The position numbers and the translations under genes are program-made. Below the pieces are notes generated by a model, which made no database searches, had not been told where the DNA came from, and was given only the letters and a program-made list of their open reading frames with translations. A stretch of DNA of 10,663 nt from Thermoproteaceae archaeon (GTDB lineage: Archaea; Thermoproteota; Thermoprotei; Thermoproteales; Thermoproteaceae): contig JAJHRB010000052.1 in the NCBI GenBank assembly GCA_020833025.1, forward strand, positions 1-10,663, given 5' to 3'. This document shows positions 6,778-10,663 of the stretch, piece by piece; within the stretch, counting starts at the first letter, position 1; each line of letters starts with the position of its first letter.

Positions 6778-7224
6778 TCACTCCTGCAGCAGTCTCTTGA
6801 GCTCTTCTGGCAGCTCCTTGATGGCAGCCTCCCTTCTTGGCTGCTCGTGCTGTGGCTGCACTCTCACCTGCTGCATGTACGACTGGAGTGCCTCTCTCAG
6901 CATGGCTGCAAGCAGGTCTCCCTCGGCGCTGCCCGCAACTCTCGGCGCGAGCCTGGCGACTATGTCTCTCACCCTCCTGTAGCGCTCGTCAATTCTGGCC
7001 ACGTAGCTCGATATTACCGAGATGACAATGTCTTCCGGCAGGACTGAAAAGAGAGTGTCCATCACTGCCATTTTCGTGTCGCTGTCTGCGTACATCAGGA
7101 ATAACGCAAAGCGCTCTATCATGTCTGCCAGCCGTTCTGCCGTCTCTGCGTCCTCCACCTTGATGCGCGACATGATGACCGCCCTAATTAGCGATGCCGG
7201 ACGCTCCCTCCTCTGTGCCGTCAT
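6778..7224 (-). CDS. Hypothetical 148-aa alpha-helical protein
   Basis: ATGA overlap with the upstream gene at 7221-7224; helical amphipathic pattern. Confidence 0.8.
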   Translation of the reverse strand: MTAQRRERPASLIRAVIMSRIKVEDAETAERLADMIERFALFLMYADSDTKMAVMDTLFSVLPEDIVISVISSYVARIDERYRRVRDIVARLAPRVAGSAEGDLLAAMLREALQSYMQQVRVQPQHEQPRREAAIKELPEELKRLLQE

Positions 7225-7505
7225 TGCTGCTGCTTCTTGCGTATCTTGATAACAATATAGCCCTTCATCCCCACTGCTCTCTCCTCAATTGACACGTCGA
7301 GCGCCTTGAACACGCGCGGGGGTATGCCCTGCCTGACTCTTTCGACTAGCTGCTCAACGGGAATGATTATGCCGACAAGCCCCCTGTCCACGTGTATCCA
7401 CGGGTCGAGGCCTATGCGCTGCAGGTCGCCTGCCAGCTTTCTCAGCACTTCCATTACCTTCTCTCTCTCTGCTTGCGTGAAGTCTGGCGCCGGGCTGGCG
7501 CTCAC
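7221..7505 (-). CDS. Hypothetical 94-aa alpha/beta protein
   Basis: GTG start 27 nt from TATATA (7532-7527, minus strand); first gene of a three-gene coupled operon. Confidence 0.8.
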   Translation of the reverse strand: MSASPAPDFTQAEREKVMEVLRKLAGDLQRIGLDPWIHVDRGLVGIIIPVEQLVERVRQGIPPRVFKALDVSIEERAVGMKGYIVIKIRKKQQQ

Positions 7506-7520
7506 GGCTGAACGCTGTTA

Positions 7521-7547
7521 CTAACGTATATATCTTACTGCCGGGAG
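7521..7547. promoter_or_regulatory. Promoter, copy 2 of the CTAAYGTATATATCKTRCTGCCGG motif; TATA usable in both directions
   Basis: TATATATC at 7527-7534, 29 nt before ATG 7556 (+) and 27 nt before GTG 7505 (-). Confidence 0.8.
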
Positions 7548-7555
7548 CAGCGTCG

Positions 7556-7777
7556 ATGGCGTCGCCCGCGCCAACGCTAGCGGAGCAGTTCCAGGCGCTG
7601 ATGTCAGCCGTGCTGAACGCAGTGGTGCAGCTCGCGCAGGGAATTGCCAGCTTCATTGCCCAGAACGCGCCGCTGTTTGCCATGATACTTGGCTTTGCGG
7701 TACTCGGTGTTATCGTGATTAGATACGGCAGGAGGTTCATCGACGCAATAGTCGGCTGGGTCAGAGAGCTGTTCTAA
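7556..7777 (+). CDS. 73-aa single-TM protein, putative major envelope/coat protein
   Basis: Amphipathic N-terminal helix, TM segment PLFAMILGFAVLGVIVI, basic RYGRR, and C-terminal amphipathic helix FIDAIVGWVRELF. Monocistronic, with the MCP-type promoter and a terminator. Confidence 0.8.
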   Translation: MASPAPTLAEQFQALMSAVLNAVVQLAQGIASFIAQNAPLFAMILGFAVLGVIVIRYGRRFIDAIVGWVRELF

Positions 7778-7780
7778 GCA

Positions 7781-7816
7781 GGGCGCGCGCCCAAGCTCAA
7801 AGCCCACCTCTTTTTT
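7781..7816 (+). terminator. GC palindrome plus T6 terminator
   Basis: Perfect 12-bp palindrome GGGCGCGCGCCC at 7781-7792, 3 nt after the stop, then CTCTTTTTT with T6 at 7811-7816. Confidence 0.6.
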
Positions 7817-7838
7817 ACGCCCTTCCTCTCATCAGCAC

Positions 7839-7994
7839 GTGCCCAGAAGGCTCAAGTCTCCGGTCAGAGAATTTGAGAAAGAGCTCGGAGCACTGCTTGG
7901 AGATGTGACAAGACTTGGGCCGAAGGCCGTGCTGACGACTTCAATCAAGCTGCTACGCGAGCTTGAGAGGGCGCTCCTCGGGGAGGAGGAGTGA
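7839..7994 (+). CDS. Hypothetical 51-aa helical protein (absent from the ORF track)
   Basis: Manual translation MPRRLKSPVREFEKELGALLGDVTRLGPKAVLTTSIKLLRELERALLGEEE; fills the gap; GTGA overlap with 7991; TTTTTA 27 nt upstream. Confidence 0.7.
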   Translation: MPRRLKSPVREFEKELGALLGDVTRLGPKAVLTTSIKLLRELERALLGEEE

Positions 7995-8497
7995 GGTGCT
8001 ACAGGCTGCCGCCAGCGAGGATAGGCACGGCTGACTACACGCCCTACCTCTGCACGCCGGACATGCAGTTCTGGAGGACGCTGTCAAGACTGGCAGTCGT
8101 GTCGAGAGTCACGGCAAGAGCGAATCTGCTCTGGCTTGAGCGCCCAATGCTCTACCCCGTGCTCGACAGAGTGCTCGGAGCGAGAACGTTAAGGCAGTGG
8201 CTTGAGGCGTGGCGCGAGATAAGGCGCTACGGCCTGCCGCCAGTGAGGGAGGCGTACTCGCTGGGAAGCGCACTGCAAGCGCTGACGCCAGAGCCTGAAG
8301 TCTTCGAGAAGCTGTTTAACGTGCAGGTAGCGGGCGCGCCGCCGTTGACGGACATGACAAGACACGTGATCAGACTGCTCGACGGGCTGGTGGGCGCCAT
8401 GGGGCCTGAAGGCGCATACAGGGCGCTGTACGCCGCGGTGTACTGCGCGATGAAGCTTGCACTCGGGCCGCCGCTGAGGCCGAAAAAACGCAAATAA
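7991..8497 (+). CDS. Hypothetical 168-aa protein
   Basis: GGAGGAGG Shine-Dalgarno-like sequence before the GTG; GTGA coupling; helical pattern; basic C-terminal RPKKRK. Confidence 0.8.
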   Translation: MRCYRLPPARIGTADYTPYLCTPDMQFWRTLSRLAVVSRVTARANLLWLERPMLYPVLDRVLGARTLRQWLEAWREIRRYGLPPVREAYSLGSALQALTPEPEVFEKLFNVQVAGAPPLTDMTRHVIRLLDGLVGAMGPEGAYRALYAAVYCAMKLALGPPLRPKKRK

Positions 8498-8517
8498 AGT
8501 GCCGTGCAGCGTCGCGC

Positions 8518-8685
8518 ATGGTCAAGTACAAGTTCAGCGTGCTGCTGCCGGTAAGGCTGCCGCCGGAAGCGGTCAGAGAGCTCAAGGCGGCAGTCGAGAC
8601 GTGGCTGAAGCAGCACGAGGAGGAGTGCAGGGCTGAAGTGGAAGTGAAGGTGAGAAAGGTCAGGAAGCAGGAAGGAGAGACATGA
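8518..8685 (+). CDS. Hypothetical 55-aa beta-alpha-beta protein (absent from the ORF track)
   Basis: Manual translation MVKYKFSVLLPVRLPPEAVRELKAAVETWLKQHEEECRAEVEVKVRKVRKQEGET; AAATAAA 26 nt upstream; ATGA overlap with 8682. Confidence 0.75.
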   Translation: MVKYKFSVLLPVRLPPEAVRELKAAVETWLKQHEEECRAEVEVKVRKVRKQEGET

Positions 8686-8885
8686 GCGAGAGAAAGAAGG
8701 AGGCAGTCGAGTTCGAAGTGGAAGTGCCGTACCTCATAGACGGACAGTGCCTGGAGCGGCTGGAGAAGTACCTCGCAAATAAAGTGAGACAGCTAGTGCT
8801 CAAGTACGGCGCCGCCGAGGTTAGAATCGAAATGGAAGTAGAGCTGAGGAAGAGGTCGTGGCTTGAGGGGCTGTTCAGCCTCTAG
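8682..8885 (+). CDS. Hypothetical 67-aa beta-alpha-beta protein
   Basis: GAAGGAGAG upstream; ATGA coupling; T5 tract at 8922-8926 downstream. Confidence 0.75.
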   Translation: MSERKKEAVEFEVEVPYLIDGQCLERLEKYLANKVRQLVLKYGAAEVRIEMEVELRKRSWLEGLFSL

Positions 8886-9306
8886 CGCAGCCGCCCCTCA
8901 GCTCCACTCTCTCAACTCCAATTTTTCCTGCAAGCTCTATCATTCTCAGCAGCCCGGGGCACATCAGCTCGGGCCTGCACTTAAGGCCGCCGCCTCCGGA
9001 CACGCGCCTCCTGCCGCTGAACAGCACGTTAATGTCAATACCGCGTCTAATTCTCTCATAGTTGATGCACTCGCGCCTGGCATCAGAACCCAGCAGGTAC
9101 TGCAGTAACGGGACGTACTGCAGCTCCGGCTCCGGCTCGACCCACACCGCCACGTGCACGCCCCTGCTTGAGCTCAGGCGGTAGACAAAGCCAGCAGCAG
9201 AGTAGCCAAACGCCTCAAGCACGCGCCTTGCGGCCAGCTCGTACTCCTCCCGGCAGAGCGGCAGCGTGACTTCATCAACGTCAACCAGCAAGACGCCGGC
9301 ATTCAT
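8875..9306 (-). CDS. Minimal archaeo-eukaryotic primase (AEP)-like catalytic domain, 143 aa
   Basis: Start reassigned from 9507 to ATG 9306, 4 nt after the upstream stop. Motif I LLVDVD, motif II SSSRGVH and motif III candidate LLGSD occur in AEP order. Confidence 0.7.
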   Translation of the reverse strand: MNAGVLLVDVDEVTLPLCREEYELAARRVLEAFGYSAAGFVYRLSSSRGVHVAVWVEPEPELQYVPLLQYLLGSDARRECINYERIRRGIDINVLFSGRRRVSGGGGLKCRPELMCPGLLRMIELAGKIGVERVELRGGCARG

Positions 9307-9310
9307 GCCC

Positions 9311-10027
9311 TCACTCTCTTTCCCTGAGGTACTCAATTCTGCCCACAGGCCGCCACACCTCGCCGCGCTCAATGCACTCCCGCTCGCGCCCTGGCCCGCA
9401 CGCCCCGGGGTACGACAGCGCCACGAGACTGCAAATGCTCCGGCAGTCCTCAAGCGCGCAGGTGCCCGGCTCCATGCGGCAGTAAAGGCCGTACAGCACT
9501 CCGGCACAGTACTTGTAGCCGGTCACGGTGTAGCCAATGTACTCCGGCTCGACGCCAAACGCGCCAGAAATGACATCCATCACGGTGCCAGCCGCTGCAC
9601 TCAACAGTTCCGACAGCCTCCTCGCGACGTGCCTGGCGACCTCCGGCACGATGGCTCTAAGCCACCGGTAGTACGGCCTCGTGTAGCCGGCATAGTACGC
9701 CTCAAGTATTGGACGCCACGGGCGCCAGTATGCCGTCAGCTCCTCCGGGTACAGCGCCTCGCAGTAAAGCACGTCAACGTAGAGATTGCCCGTGGCCCAC
9801 CTGCGGGCACAATACTCGAAGACGCCGGTGGCACAGGCCGATATGTAGCGCAACTGCTTGACAAACTCGCCGGCAGGCCCTGCCAGCATGAATATCCACT
9901 CGCGGCGGTAGGGGTGGTAGAAGATGTAAATTCTTGTCAGCGTTAACGAATCAACAACGTAGACAGAGCGCCTCGTGTAGTGAACGCGTATCTTACCCTC
10001 TCCCGCCGGAATCTCGACGTAACTCAT
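9311..10027 (-). CDS. Hypothetical 238-aa Tyr/Cys-rich protein
   Basis: ATGA overlap with the cas4-like stop; 25 Tyr and 10 Cys by manual count; middle gene of the Cas4-AEP operon. Confidence 0.8.
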   Translation of the reverse strand: MSYVEIPAGEGKIRVHYTRRSVYVVDSLTLTRIYIFYHPYRREWIFMLAGPAGEFVKQLRYISACATGVFEYCARRWATGNLYVDVLYCEALYPEELTAYWRPWRPILEAYYAGYTRPYYRWLRAIVPEVARHVARRLSELLSAAAGTVMDVISGAFGVEPEYIGYTVTGYKYCAGVLYGLYCRMEPGTCALEDCRSICSLVALSYPGACGPGRERECIERGEVWRPVGRIEYLRERE

Positions 10028-10653
10028 GCCAGCCTCTCGTTAAGACACTCGTGTCGGTACGGGCAGTACGAGCAGTACGGGCCGCGCTCCGGCTCCGGCG
10101 GGACGCCGGAGGCAAGAGCGTACGACAAGTCCTCATATCTTGCCAGCGCCTCTCTTGCCAGCGCGCGACGGCTCTCATCGTTCAGCGTCACGTGAAAGAC
10201 AGAGTAGCGCTGCAGGTCAAACGACATCATTAACAGCACGCCGATGTCCGCGCCGGCAATTGCGGCGTAGTACTTGAGCTGCCGCTCGTGCCAGCGGAAG
10301 AACGGATTTGACGCGTTGGGCGTTTTCGTGAACTTGAGCTCAATGACAGCCCTAACGCCGCTGCAGTCGCAGAGCATGTCCACAACGCCTGACAGCTGGC
10401 CCAGCGATACCCTCACCTCACTCTCACACTTACAGCCGTGCCTCTCGAACACCGGGGGCGCGTGACGGGCAAACCAGTGGTGCATGTCAGTCCCGCGGAG
10501 CACGAGGTCAGTAATCTCCTTCCCGCGCGTGATGGCACAGTACGCGTACCGGAGGCACGACGCAACGTGGCTGATGCCCGGCTCCAGGCGCTTCACGCCG
10601 TACATGCACTTCAGCTCCTCTACTGCCTTGAGGATGTGCCCGATAGCGTCCAT
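10024..10653 (-). CDS. cas4: Stand-alone Cas4-like PD-(D/E)xK exonuclease with Fe-S cluster signature
   Basis: N-terminal Cys (ISHVASCLRYAY), GTDMH, ESEV..SGVVD..VIELK, QLKYY and C-terminal CSYCPYRHEC give the four-Cys Cas4/AddB layout. No CRISPR array or cas1 in the window. Confidence 0.9.
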   Translation of the reverse strand: MDAIGHILKAVEELKCMYGVKRLEPGISHVASCLRYAYCAITRGKEITDLVLRGTDMHHWFARHAPPVFERHGCKCESEVRVSLGQLSGVVDMLCDCSGVRAVIELKFTKTPNASNPFFRWHERQLKYYAAIAGADIGVLLMMSFDLQRYSVFHVTLNDESRRALAREALARYEDLSYALASGVPPEPERGPYCSYCPYRHECLNERLA

Positions 10654-10663
10654 GCCGGAAAAC

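Noticed and set aside
7991-8497. 168-aa or 148-aa (6778-7224) helical proteins as a second MCP paralogue
   Set aside because: Neither shows the basic N-terminal arm or the motif spacing of the 141-aa protein by eye; cannot be fully excluded without structure prediction.
9130-9180. GVHVAV as an HUH Rep (rudivirus-type initiator) motif
   Set aside because: Only one His; the upstream DxD and SxxGxH context fits AEP motifs instead.
9266-9946. 226-aa plus-strand ORF
   Set aside because: Antisense shadow of the 238-aa gene; low-complexity Ala/Arg/Pro composition.
10024-10653. cas4 as part of a CRISPR-Cas locus or casposon
   Set aside because: No array, cas1, cas2 or family B polymerase in the window; neighbours look viral. 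Sequence beyond the right edge is unseen.
1-10663. Terminal repeats, att sites, tRNA or integrase
   Set aside because: The window ends show no direct or inverted similarity and appear to cut through or abut genes; no cloverleaf or tyrosine-recombinase motif recognised.

Overview
Gene-dense (about 60% GC from sampled lines), compactly overlapped segment that reads as part of an archaeal virus genome, most likely a filamentous virus of a hyperthermophilic crenarchaeon (Thermoproteales-like host inferred). I call about 23 CDSs. They include two GT-B/GT4-type glycosyltransferases, a stand-alone Cas4-like PD-(D/E)xK nuclease with an Fe-S Cys signature, a minimal archaeo-eukaryotic primase (AEP)-like protein, a 141-aa basic helical protein resembling SIRV2-fold (Adnaviria) major capsid proteins, a 73-aa single-TM coat/envelope-like protein, a 473-aa membrane-anchored protein with 16-aa C-terminal repeats, and several small beta-rich, probably virion-associated proteins. 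Archaeal TATA boxes lie 26-29 nt before most transcription-unit starts, implying leaderless mRNAs. The best leads are: (i) a near-identical promoter (21/24 nt) in front of the putative MCP and the 73-aa membrane protein, suggesting a co-regulated single-MCP plus small-envelope-protein virion architecture; (ii) a Cas4-unknown-AEP operon; (iii) a 48% GC block that crosses three genes and ends inside a repeat array; (iv) strong GATC depletion. I found no tRNA, rRNA, integrase, CRISPR array or terminal repeat. Family assignments rest on motifs and recalled family features, not database searches.
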